A stretch of DNA of 20,000 nucleotides from Eremomyces bilateralis CBS 781.70 (taxonomy: Eukaryota), in the NCBI GenBank assembly GCA_010015585.1, contig ML975150.1. The stretch is one strand, 5' to 3'. The notes below the pieces were generated by a model, which worked only from the letters and a program-made list of their open reading frames with translations, was not told the DNA's origin and did not search any database. A program made the position numbers and the translations under genes. This document shows, piece by piece, positions 1 to 10,446 of the stretch (position 1 is the stretch's first letter; the number at the start of each line of letters is the position of its first letter).

Positions 1-984
1 AGAAACGTTCCTCGATGATGAACGACGGAAGGGGTTGAGATGCCAAGGCTGTGTCACGATCGGACGATCCAGAATGACTAAACCAGGTTCGTGTCGAAAA
101 TCTCTCAACAATCCATCCCCCTTTTCTCCCTCAGAGTATGTCATGGCCCATAACCTTCTCATCGCTGTGATACAACCGTCAACTGTTTCAGTGTTTCATG
201 CTGCGCCCGTTGGCCTGAGGCTCTGCAGCCTTTGACAGGAACTCCACCTGTGCGCCATTTCCCGGTTCGCGGATGTCGGTCCTGTACAAGCGGCTGCAAC
301 GCCCGCCGACCGATGTGCGTATCCCCAGGAAATGCCTATGCAACAAGCAAGATGTATCCACCGATACAGCTCGTTTGCGACGTGTTTAAATCTTCTCTGC
401 TAACCTAGATGGATCGCAACATTTCTGCCCGGTCAACTGCTTTAGGCTGCCACTCCGGATCTCATCCCCAGGTGGAGCGCGAAATGCATGAAATAACGGA
501 TTCCGATGCCAGGAGATGGGGCTACAAGCCTTGGAGGACGATAGGGAAGGTTGGTTGAGTAACGTTGAAAGTGGATGACCTACAAACACACGTCTCTTTG
601 AAAGATCCCATCTATGGAGTTCCTTCCATCCACTGCGGATGCTCCATTTGTTTGTATTTGATAGATTCAAATTCTCATGGGTACCCTCATTTCCAGTTCT
701 TCATATACTGCTCCTTTTTATCTTAAATGTATCTTCTCCGTTGTCATTCATCATTCGTTTTGTCTTTCGCTGAGCAGTGGCAAGCTATGATTTCATGAAT
801 GCACTTTTGCGAGTCATTCATTTCAAATCGGATTCTAGCCCTCTCCTCGATTTCTGAATCTTTGCCTTCGATTGTCAGCTGGTACTGCTTTTGCCTTTGC
901 TGCCTTCTGCCGTATCAAAAGTTCTACGGACCGTCTCCGTTCCGAGCCCCAGCTTGTAACCCTATCAACATATCAATCGGCCTC

Positions 985-2744
985 ATGTCTCGCGCCAAGG
1001 TCTCGATCTGGCATTTTTCAAGTCTTGACAGCATTCTTGCTCTAAAGAATCAGTCGGAAACAACTTTGAGAGGGAAACCAGAGTTTGTGTCTGGCTCTAT
1101 ACGACCGAGCGATGATCTTGAGAAATGGGTCGAACTCCGAGACGGTAGTATCGGAGCACACGAGAACGAATACGGTTGTTTCAATTCCCGATGGGCTGAA
1201 TATGCCTTTTGCTTTTCTCTAGCAGCGTCCCAGTTCCTTGCGGTATGTTTGTGGACCATAATAGCAGAGTCCTCACTAACGAATTTCTGAAGGAGTATCT
1301 CATTTCTGGTTTTGGAATCATCCTGCCCAATCTACCTGCATCATGGAGTCATGGAGACTCCAGAACTTCTAATCTCTGGCCTTCTTCCATCCTATCGCTG
1401 GTGTTATGCTCCATGACTCTTCCACTTTCGCGGGCAACGGATATGTACGGCGGTTATCCACTCTTCATGCTTGGAACCGCGTGGCTATCCATCTGGACCC
1501 TAGCCGGAGGTTTTTGCCAATCCCAAGAAATGCTCAACGTTGCACGGGCTATGCAAGGCCTTGCGATTGCCGCGTTCCAGCCAGCCGCCTTTTCTTTGCT
1601 TGCCCGAGCCTTCCGACCAGGGAGAAAACGCAATGTGGTTTTTGGAGTGTATGGCGCATGCGCACCACTAGGCTTCTTTGGCGGGATCTTGACCTCTGGG
1701 ATTTGTCTTCAATTTGGTCGATGGGAGTGGTATTTTTGGGTAGGGTCCGTTTTGGCGCTATTGTCCGCGATCAGTGCCTACTTCGCGGTCCCAGAAACAA
1801 AGATCAAGCCTCCGGCAGGTTCAAAGGATCTGAAAATGGATTGGATAGGCGCATGCGCTATTGCTTCGGGACTGATAATGCTCTCCTACGGCCTGGCTGC
1901 GAGCGCCGCTTCTGAAGTACCATGGAAAGATCCAGCAGTTCTTGGTCCTCTCTGCGCTGGAGCCCTTTGCCTTGTGGTTTCCCTATACGTCGAGCTAAAC
2001 GTTGTTGACTCACCGCTTCTACCGACCGACTTCTTCGCCCCTAAAAACGTCAAGGCCATGCTGGTCGCATGCTTGATGTTTTATGGGAGTTTCGGCTCGT
2101 ATCTATTCTACTCCATGTCTTAGTAAGGCATTCCACCACCCTTGGTTTTCAACCAGCTGACTTTAGAAGCATAAACGATGAACTGCAAGTCAAACCGATA
2201 ACGATGGCGGTGTGGTACAGGTAAGATGCCCAACGCGAGTGCTTGGCCCACAGAACTAACATGTCTCAGCCCGATGGCAATTGGGGGCTTCATCATATCC
2301 ATCGTAGGCGGGTTGTTGTGCGATGTTGTCCCCGCCTTCTATCTACTCCTAGTATCAGGGTTGGCGTGGATTGGCGCACCATTGCTCCTTGCGATCGGAT
2401 CGAATGTGACAACATCATATTGGCCATTCATATTTCCATCTACCATCTGTTCAACGCTTGGAATCGACCTGACCTTCACCGTCAGCGCAATATTCCTTGC
2501 TTCAGTCCAGCCAGACAAATTCCAGGGCCTTGCTGGAGCAGTCTCGTCTGTGACGGTTAACCTGGGCATCGCCGTTGCTGTATCGCTGTCGGACATTGCT
2601 CGGAGAATAGGAACCGAGAAATTTTATACCAGTGTCGCTTCCTACCAGGTCGTCTTTTGGTTTGCCACTCTTCTGGCAGGTATTGGATTCGCAATCACTC
2701 TGCTCTTTGTCCGCATAAAACGGTTGGGCAAAGATCAAATCTAG
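985..2744 (+). CDS. MFS drug:H+ antiporter (DHA2, ATR1/aminotriazole-resistance-like), ~537 aa, 4 exons: 985-1242, 1293-2122, 2170-2220, 2270-2744
   Basis: The spliced frame is continuous across introns 1243-1292 (GTATGT..CTAAC..AAG), 2123-2169 (GTAAGG..CTGAC..AAG) and 2221-2269 (GTAAGA..CTAAC..CAG). It has many hydrophobic helices and MFS motifs: LSRATDMYGG (motif A-like), ARAMQG, YGACAPLGFFGG (motif C-like), WEWYFW, MDWIG, QGLAGAV. The start ATG at 985 is inferred; an upstream in-frame ATG exists at 799. Confidence 0.88.
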
Positions 2745-2949
2745 CGTCCGAGGACGCTCAAAAGTTCTTGCTGCTCTTTGGAGGATATCTATCTCACTTT
2801 GTATGTTGTTTGAAACGATTTCCTACAGTTCGATGAGCGATGACTGCATTTTTGGATGAGAGCATCTGGTTCAGGCTCTACATAGTGGCATTTAGGATAC
2901 CCGGTCTAGCTAAGCCTCGCTCGACAAACTGTACTTAAACAATAATACA

Positions 2950-4155
2950 TCAGAGAGCTCGTGGCCATCCGCCAGAGAAGTCCAACTTGTTCCAGCCGAA
3001 CAACTTGTCGCCATCTGCGTATCCACGTTTCTTGTTGACTAAAACAAAACTCAGCATTGCAATACGTCTGAGAACTGTGGAGTGTTGACTCACTATAGTG
3101 GTAATAAAGGACTGGACCTTGTTGGGGGTCGTTGTAGACTCCCTGGCCTCCAGGAGCGTAGATGTCTCCGTGGGAGGGATAAACAACGGTGCCGCCACCT
3201 TGCACGCATGATTTGCCGCTTTTATCGACCTAGATATAATTAGTATCCTGAACTATAAACGTGGCTTATGATAAAGACGAACATATGGACCTGTAGGCGA
3301 GCTCGATCTGCAAACCAGGATGCGGTATTCTTGGCCTGACGGTGGTCGGTTCTTATCCAGACCGCAGCATTTTCCGGCCGAGAAGAACGCGTAATACTGA
3401 TTATTGAATGGGAACACGAAAACGCCTTCGATGGCATGCTCACCCGCCGGCTGGAAAACGATCTGGCGCGATGCCGATCCGTCGGTCTTAACCGGAGGAT
3501 CCTGCATCCCGACCTGGAAAATGTCCCCCCAGAATGACCTGATCGCCTGATTAATATATATTCTGAATTCGGGATCGACGCAGGGAATTCGCCGAACACA
3601 CGTACCCGAAGTTCATGTACCACTTGTTTCCGCCGCGGAACAGGTTGGCATCGATGGCATTGTAGTCCTTGCCAGCCTTAGACGAGACTCCGATGGCGCC
3701 TCGATCCTGCCAGCTGCCGACATCCATCGTCTTGGACGTGGCGAGACCGAGCGCCGAGTTCTGAGATCCAAACTGGCTTACTGCATAGTAAAGATAATAG
3801 GTGTCCCCGATCTTAGTCACATCGGGAGCCTAAATTCATCAAACGTCAACTTAGCGATCTTCATGCATCGTCGTCAGATACACACCCAGAGGTCCGTATT
3901 GCCAGCTTGGTTGATCTTCGACCGGTCTTTGACAACAGAGCCTTTATACACCCACGGGCCCGTCAACGCTGGTGCGGTATGGATCGCCACCTTTCCATTT
4001 GTCGAGAAGCGGAAGTACATTCCGTCATCACGCCGAATGATGGCTGGATCGTGGGAATTTCCGCACACTCCGGTGCACGCTCCTGGGTTTGGATACTGGC
4101 ACTGTCCCACGGCAGCAAAGGTCACCGCCGACAGAATGAACTGAGAGATTCGCAT
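2950..4155 (-). CDS. abnA: Secreted GH43 endo-1,5-alpha-L-arabinanase (AbnA-like), ~324 aa, 5 exons: 4155-3886, 3829-3606, 3538-3283, 3229-3094, 3038-2950
   Basis: Signal peptide [19 protein letters not shown] is followed by [11 protein letters not shown]43 catalytic motifs are present: SHDP (base), NAIDA (pKa modulator) and AIEG (acid), plus DLW/APDV, YYLFY-like [16 protein letters not shown] and APGGQG. All four introns are GT..AG and keep the frame. Confidence 0.93.
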
Positions 4156-5179
4156 CGTGTACGATCGTTCACTTAGGCCTCATTAAAGAATGATCGAGGT
4201 GAAAGGAAAGGATCATCGGCAGTAGCAACGAACAGGTGCGACTATGCCTATCTATAGAATACGTCTATAAGACCTCCATGTTCCGACGGCTCCGCTGCCA
4301 TGTTTCAATCCTGTAGTCATAAAGCGAAATTATCTCATAGTGCAAGCCAAGGTGCCTTAGTGACAGGCGGTGATGGTCTTCTGACCAGGAATTGCCAGCA
4401 AGCAACCAGCGCATCGCACCAGAACCAGGATCAGAAATGCAAAATGCATAATGAATAGTGCGGAGCACCACGTTTTTGTCCGTTGTAGCAAAATAGAGGA
4501 ACGGAGTAGCGGCGAAGGCCTGGAAGGAAATGAGATGGATGTAGTAGATTAGGTGCAAATATAAATGAAACGTGGTGCTGATTGGTGGCCTTTTCGCACA
4601 CGACAGGCGTTTTATAGTCCCCAGCATTATCGCAGGCGATAATAATATATTCCGGCTTCTTGTCCATTTCCACAATTGGCGGAGCGGACTGAAAACAGAA
4701 AGCATAATAACCCGTCTGGACAAGAAGTATGTATCGAAGCTGTATAAAACACCCGCTCTGGACCAAAGTCTAAGTACGCAAAAAGATCCCAGAGCGCTTT
4801 CGTGAGAAAAATTACTCCGGTTCGAATCAAGACGAGCAACTAGTTTGCAATGACACGAGAGTAAATGTCCCAGTTCATATCGCCCAGGACAATCGCCCCG
4901 GATTAGGAAGTCTTTTATCGAATACGTAGCTCCCTACACCTCTTTCTGCAGAAACCGATGCTCAAGGGCCTCGAAGTGCGTCTCTAGCTGTTAATAACGA
5001 GAATTAAAATCCTTAGTGACGATCATCAAAGTAAGTAAGGGAATTCTGTAGAGTAAATAGGTAAAAACATGTCGACTTCGTACGAGGAGCTCCTGTGTGA
5101 TTGATGCTCCAGGGCTACGCCTCAACGCGATCTATGAGATGAATAGTTTGTGCTTTAATGATTGCTCTACCTTCTATCG

Positions 5180-6625
5180 CTACGTCTGTGACACGATCTG
5201 GGAACCCAAATTTGGCATATTGACTCCTCCTTGCATACAGGCGCTTCCTGTGCCAAGGCCGAGGAAGGCCATCATGGCGGACAGTTGATTAGGAATGAGA
5301 TATACCGGGAGGCCAGGGCATCCAAACCCAGTAGGGATGTTGCCTTGTATCTCCACCGGCATCCGTACCGGAGTTGTAGTGTCAGGTGTAATGCTCAGTC
5401 CTTGGTCAAGCCCGAGATATAAGAAAGAGATGGCCATTTGCTATCGATAATTAGCGATGGTAAGGCGGGCATGTATTGTTTGGACGGAATTTTCTTACCG
5501 GCTCGAGCGCATGCTCTCCATGACCGGCCATCTGCGCATATTTCGTAGAATTATAAAGTCCCTCCACGACAAGCTTGTCGCCCTTCTCAAGTCGTCCGAT
5601 ATTAGTGCAAACAGCAGTGTTCGAAATATGCTTCATGCTCGTGCTCGCGCCACCATGAGCATGACCAGAATCATTCAATTGATGCACATTGTCGACGCTT
5701 GGCATCTCACCCGCCCCTGGGGCGACAAAAGCTGGTTCAAGGCCATAATACTGAACGGAATTGCAAGCCACTTTGCCGTTTTTGAGCATGTTGACATCGG
5801 TGGCACCGTCGTGACCATGGCCAATAACCCAAAGAATCTCACCGCTGTAGGGAGAGACCCATTCTGCGGAATGGTACTCATACACCCCCTCTTTGGCAGG
5901 GAGTTCAGAATCGCCGCACTCTGTCGCATCCATTTCGATGATGGTCGCTGCCTTGTACCCTGCTGTCGAGGCGGGTACGTACTCATAAAGCATGGTCAAG
6001 TACAGTGATTTTGGCTCGGCGGCTTCATTCATGAGCTCGGTCAGGAGACCGAAGGTGTCTGTCCTGTGTCACAATCAGCATAGTAATGGCGGGAAATGCC
6101 ATCGATATAGCGCACCCAAGTACGGGAAGACCCCAGTTGCCATTTGCATTCAGTCGGGCCAAAGTACGCTCATTCCCACTTGAGAAGATCCTCTGTGGCC
6201 ACAGCTTGAGCGCGGACTTTCTGGCACATATGGCGTCTTTCTGACCGGTATTGTAAAGCACCCTGGAGATTGGTTAGTCGATCGAGCAACTGATATCTTT
6301 CCATGACAACCTACATGTGATGTAACCACGCGCCAGTGTCAATGTTCGCTTCCGTTCCATCGGCATACTCTAAGCCTGCCTGCATCGCCGTGATATAGCA
6401 GTCGGTGCAGGGCAATGCTACCTTAGGTGTCATGGCATTGTTTACCATCCCATTTGCGGGTACTGTATAAGGACCATGCTTGATCTTCACAATTTTGGCC
6501 GCAGGATCGGATAGCGGAGACTTGAGCGTCATGCGGCTCACGGCGCCGGGTGGTAAGTCCGCTGCTTTGACGCCATGTGATAACAGCTGGATGGCAACCA
6601 GTGCAATGATTGAGGGCGCAATCAT
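5180..6625 (-). CDS. Uncharacterised secreted protein, ~427 aa, with a PHM/DbM-like (type II copper monooxygenase / SURNod19-like) His/Met pattern; 4 exons: 6625-6315, 6262-6116, 6063-5499, 5440-5180
   Basis: Signal peptide MIAPSIIALVAIQLLSHGVKA. Four ORF-track pieces join in frame through introns 6314-6263 (GTAGGT..CTAAC..CAG), 6115-6064 (GTGCGC..CTGAT..CAG) and 5498-5441 (GTAAGA..CTAAT..TAG). Motifs: PCTDCYIT, WLHHM, SGNERT, ELMN, GHGHDG, HIS, KGDKLVVEGLYN, PQMAI. The gene model is well supported; the function is inferred. Confidence 0.8.
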
Positions 6626-7213
6626 TTCGACTTAGTAGCTAGAACTCAGATGCAATAATGAATGTACAATCAAGTGAAAGGAAATGACAGCATGATAAGG
6701 ATGGAACGCTTGAGGAATGCAACTGAAAAGCCCGACAGGAAACGCATTATGCGAAATGATCGAAGGTACAAAGAGACTAAAGCATCGGCAACTGAAGCCG
6801 TATATACCTGTAAACCCCCTTGCGCTCTGCAATAAGCATAAATAAAAACGTTAATGTTATTCGGTAGACAGGGCCAGAGCAGGCAGCCGGCAAATGGCAG
6901 AGTCGATCGTTTAGAAGAGGACTGGCACATGCCTCTAATACTGCTTAAACAATGCCTACGGCTGCTCAATCTACATAGATTGGAGCAAGCGGTGAAGAGT
7001 GGTGTAGATTCAGACAGATCCATATGAGGTCGGAGAGATATTGAACAAAGTCAGGGGAAAATGGAGTTGGTGCCCTAAGCCCTAACAATGCTCATGATTG
7101 GCTAGGCAACACCACAGATCTGAGCAAACACGTTATGTATGGATCACGTGCAAGTTTTTCACTCTATAGCTTACGTAATTATATCCTACAATCCTAACTA
7201 CATCTTGTAATTA

Positions 7214-7254
7214 TCCTGAATTCCTGAATCCTGAATCCTGAATTCCTGATCCTG
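7214..7254. repeat. Imperfect tandem repeat of TCCTGAA(T), about 6 units
   Basis: Read directly as TCCTGAAT TCCTGAA TCCTGAA TCCTGAAT TCCTGA TCCTG, in the divergent intergenic region 6626-7636. Confidence 0.85.
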
Positions 7255-7636
7255 CCTTGTGGCTTACCATACCCAAATTGACCCCTTCACCAGCCTCCTC
7301 CCCCTTAACCCTGATCGGATACTATCGCAATGGCGGTTTGACCTTTGCCAATTTCATCTGCAGCCATTCCACCGAAAGTTACCTTAGTACTTTGGTTATC
7401 TGAGCGATTAGGCAAAATGTGATGCCTAGGCTTTAAAAGATGAGCATTATGTGCAACTATTGTACCACCAGTAGGGATGATGGCGGGGTTGGCCTTCGGC
7501 CGATGGCAGCCGAATGAGATAAGTGCCTTGCATGGAGACATCGCAACGCTCCAATCTCTCAACTGTAATGTTCCTTTCACCAGGGCAGAAGTAGAATTGA
7601 GTTGAGGACTTCAAGTTCCTCAGTGCTGCCAATATC

Positions 7637-9585
7637 ATGGTCCGTCCATTTGACTATTTCGATCATCGTCGCGACTGGTGAGGCTTTACCTTTATCCCCC
7701 TTCGACGGAGCATCCATGTAGTACGGAGATAAGTATCGTGAGTGCTAACCGAGACTCTTGCAGCAAGTACAAGCAAGATGAACGCGCCCGTCGCATCGCT
7801 TCCCTCCCTAAAGAATACACTGGCCCTATAACGCCAACCGAACGCGGCATCCTCGCCTACCCCATCTCCGAGCTCGTCAATCACGTCCACAATGGCGTCG
7901 TCCAGCCCGTCGACATCCTCCGCGCCTACGGCAAATCTGCGATCGCAGCCCACAAGAAAACCAACTGCCTAACCGAGATCCTCTTCCCCTCGGCCGAGAA
8001 CCACGCCCACGTCTCCGCCGACGCCAAAGGCCCGCTCGCCGGCGTGCCCGTATCGCTCAAAGACTCCGTCAACGTCGCCGGCTTCGACACCAGCGTCGGA
8101 TACTCCGGCTATACCCGCCAACCCCTCGCGGACGATGGCCCTATGGTTCGCCTCCTCCGCGACGCCGGCGCCGTGCCGTTCGTCAAGACAAACCTCCCAA
8201 CCACCCTCCTCTCCTTCGAGTCCTCCAACGACGTCTGGGGCCGGACGCGCAACCCGCACAATCCGGCGTACAGCCCCGGCGGGTCCACGGGCGGCGAGTC
8301 GGCGCTACTGGCGGCAGGGGGTTCCCGGATCGGGATCGGCTCGGATGTAGCGGGTAGCGTGCGCATCCCGGCGCATTGGTCAGGGTGCTATTCGCTGCGA
8401 TGTAGTACAGGGCGGTGGCCGAAGATGGGGAATCGGACGAGTATGCCGGGGCAGGAGGGGGTTCCGAGTGTGTTTAGTCCGATGACGAGGACATTGGGGG
8501 ATCTGAGGTACTTCACGAAGGCGGTGGTGGGGATGAAGCCGTGGACATATGATCATAGCGCGCATCCGATTGAGTGGAGAGAGGATGTGGTGGAGGAGTT
8601 TGCGGCGAAGAAGTTGAGGATTGGAGTGATGAGGTCGGATGGTAAGTCTCGTTGCCTCGCCTATCGGCGCCTTAAGCATCAAATTGCCTACGCGCGAAAC
8701 TAATATGTTAATCCAGGCGTCGTTGATCCTTCTCCCGCATGTGCCCGCGCCCTCTCCATCGCCGCAACTGCCCTCTCCGATGCAGGTCACTCCGTCATCG
8801 ACATCCCTCCGCCTCCGTCCCCCATATCCCCTTACGATGGCCTCGTCCTCGCCTCCCAGCTCCTTAACTCCGACGGCTGTGCCACTTTCCTCTCCTTCCT
8901 CCGAACCGGCGAGTCATCTGACCCCGGCGCCATACAGCTCTCGTTCTGGGCGAACTTGGCGCGCCCGCTCAAATGGCTGTATTACGCCTACGTTAAGTAC
9001 GTCAAGAGGGACGCCGTCTGGGCAGAGCTGCTGAAGGGCTTTGGACCGGTATCTGCTACGGAGCAGTGGAAATTGGTGATCAGCAGGGAGTCTTTCCGGC
9101 TGGCATGGCATGAGTGGTGGGAGGGCGGAAATGGGCTGGGTGGCATGGAGAAGAAGGTGGATGTGATTTTGACAGCGCCGAACGCGACGCCCGCGCTACC
9201 GCATGGCGCGATGAAGGATGCAGTGAGCGCGTGTGGGTATACATTTTTGTTCAATATGGTAGGGCACCTCTTCCTGGAATGATCTCTGTTGCCGATGCAG
9301 GACTGACATGGCTCGCAGCTGGATTATTCATGTGGCATCCTCCCTGTCACCCACGTCGATGCGGAACTTGATGCCCTCCCGGTGGACTTCAAGCTGAGGA
9401 AGCTGAATGGTGTCGCGCGCGGTGCGTACAAGCATTACGATGCAAAGAAGATGGGGGGACTGCCGGTCGCGGTGCAGGTGGTTGGGCAGAGGTTGGAGGA
9501 AGAGAAGGTGTTGACTGTGATGCAACGGCTGGAAGATGCATTGGAGTCGAGAGGGGAGAAGTATCTGCTTCTGGAAATTGACTAG
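7637..9585 (+). CDS. Amidase signature family enzyme (acetamidase / fatty-acid amide hydrolase-like), ~575 aa, 4 exons: 7637-7677, 7764-8641, 8717-9258, 9319-9585
   Basis: Ser-cisSer-Lys triad motifs are present: GPLAGVPVSLKD, PGGSTGGE, GIGSDVAGSVRIPA. Also GRTRNP, YTFLFNM/LDY and GLPVAVQVVG. Introns 7678-7763, 8642-8716 and 9259-9318 are GT..CAG with branch points, and exon 3 was checked open codon by codon. Confidence 0.93.
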
Positions 9586-9885
9586 ATGCAGTTGAATGGT
9601 AAGATAGGGGCTTGCATGGATCAAGATAGTGCATATTTGGTGAGTACGGCCACGGGATGATGGTGTACAGGGATTTCAGCATTCTAAGCCAGTCGTCATG
9701 CGTATCAGAGCATTCCATTAATTCTTCAACTAGCACTTTGAAGCTTATGCTATCGTATCTATAACCACGGCATCGGAGTCATTCCACTCGTCATCCATTC
9801 GTGAACTTCTCATGAAATTGTCTATCGCACCCGGATATCGTATCGAATGAATACCTGATATCAGGTACCATTACCTATTAGATCC

Positions 9886-10446
9886 CTACGGCGCCGGCGG
9901 CATGACCTCGAAGGTGTGCGCCACCTCCTTTTGCCACTCATACCGGTCCTTGCCGTACACCTCCACGGCCACTGGGAACGACTTGCTGTCGTCGAGCGTC
10001 GCGGTACGGAGGACTATGAGCTCGGCCGGTAGAGCTTCCTGGACGTGGTAGATGTGGGTGCCACACGCGCTGCAGAAGAGGCAGTCGACGCCCTTGCCTG
10101 AGTTGGAGTGGTTAGTTCTGACCGCTGGCGGTAGCGATGGGTGATATGGAGTCAAAAATCTTCCATATAGTTATTCGGTACTTACCAGAGTCTCCCTTGT
10201 AGGTGTAGGTCTTCAAATCGCCCTTGGTGACCTTGAATACCGACTTGGGGATGATCTGGTTCAAGCTAAAAGCGCCAGTGCTCAGGACTTTGCAGGTATT
10301 GCAATGGCTAAAGAGCAGTTCAGTATCGGTTCAACATGAATGAATTTAGGCATGTGACTATACCAGAGGACGTGATTCTTCTTGTCATCTGGTAGTTCGG
10401 CCTCGTAGGCGACCGCACCACAGTGGCATTTTCCAGTCATAGCCAT
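9886..10446 (-). CDS. GFA / Mss4-like (glutathione-dependent formaldehyde-activating enzyme / CENP-V family) zinc-binding protein, ~138 aa, 3 exons: 10446-10364, 10307-10186, 10097-9886
   Basis: The spliced protein reads MAMTGKCHCGAVAYE...VLCHCNTCK...YTYKGDSGKGVDCLFCSACGTHIYH, which is the family's CxC / CHCxxC / FCxxCG pattern. Introns are 10363-10308 and 10185-10098 (GT..AG). The ORF track captures only the last exon. Confidence 0.92.

Noticed and set aside
1..800. Short ORFs 35-235 (+) and 386-670 (-)
   Set aside because: No recognisable motifs; likely the MFS promoter region.
4265..4839. Overlapping ORFs of 70-152 aa upstream of the arabinanase
   Set aside because: No recognisable motifs, codon bias or splice structure. 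Most simply promoter/terminator DNA; no clean AraR/XlnR consensus was identified either.
5457..6008. 183-aa plus-strand ORF and similar long antisense ORFs over the amidase, msrA and DUF4360 genes
   Set aside because: Antisense shadows of real coding exons, expected from codon bias.
7214..7254. TCCTGAA array as a heat-shock element
   Set aside because: Only one TTCnnGAA pair is present and the 7-8 bp period does not give three alternating nGAAn units.
9852..9867. 16-bp palindrome TACCTGATATCAGGTA between the convergent amidase and GFA 3' ends
   Set aside because: A palindrome of this length is not unexpected by chance in 20 kb, and fungi do not use bacterial-type hairpin terminators.
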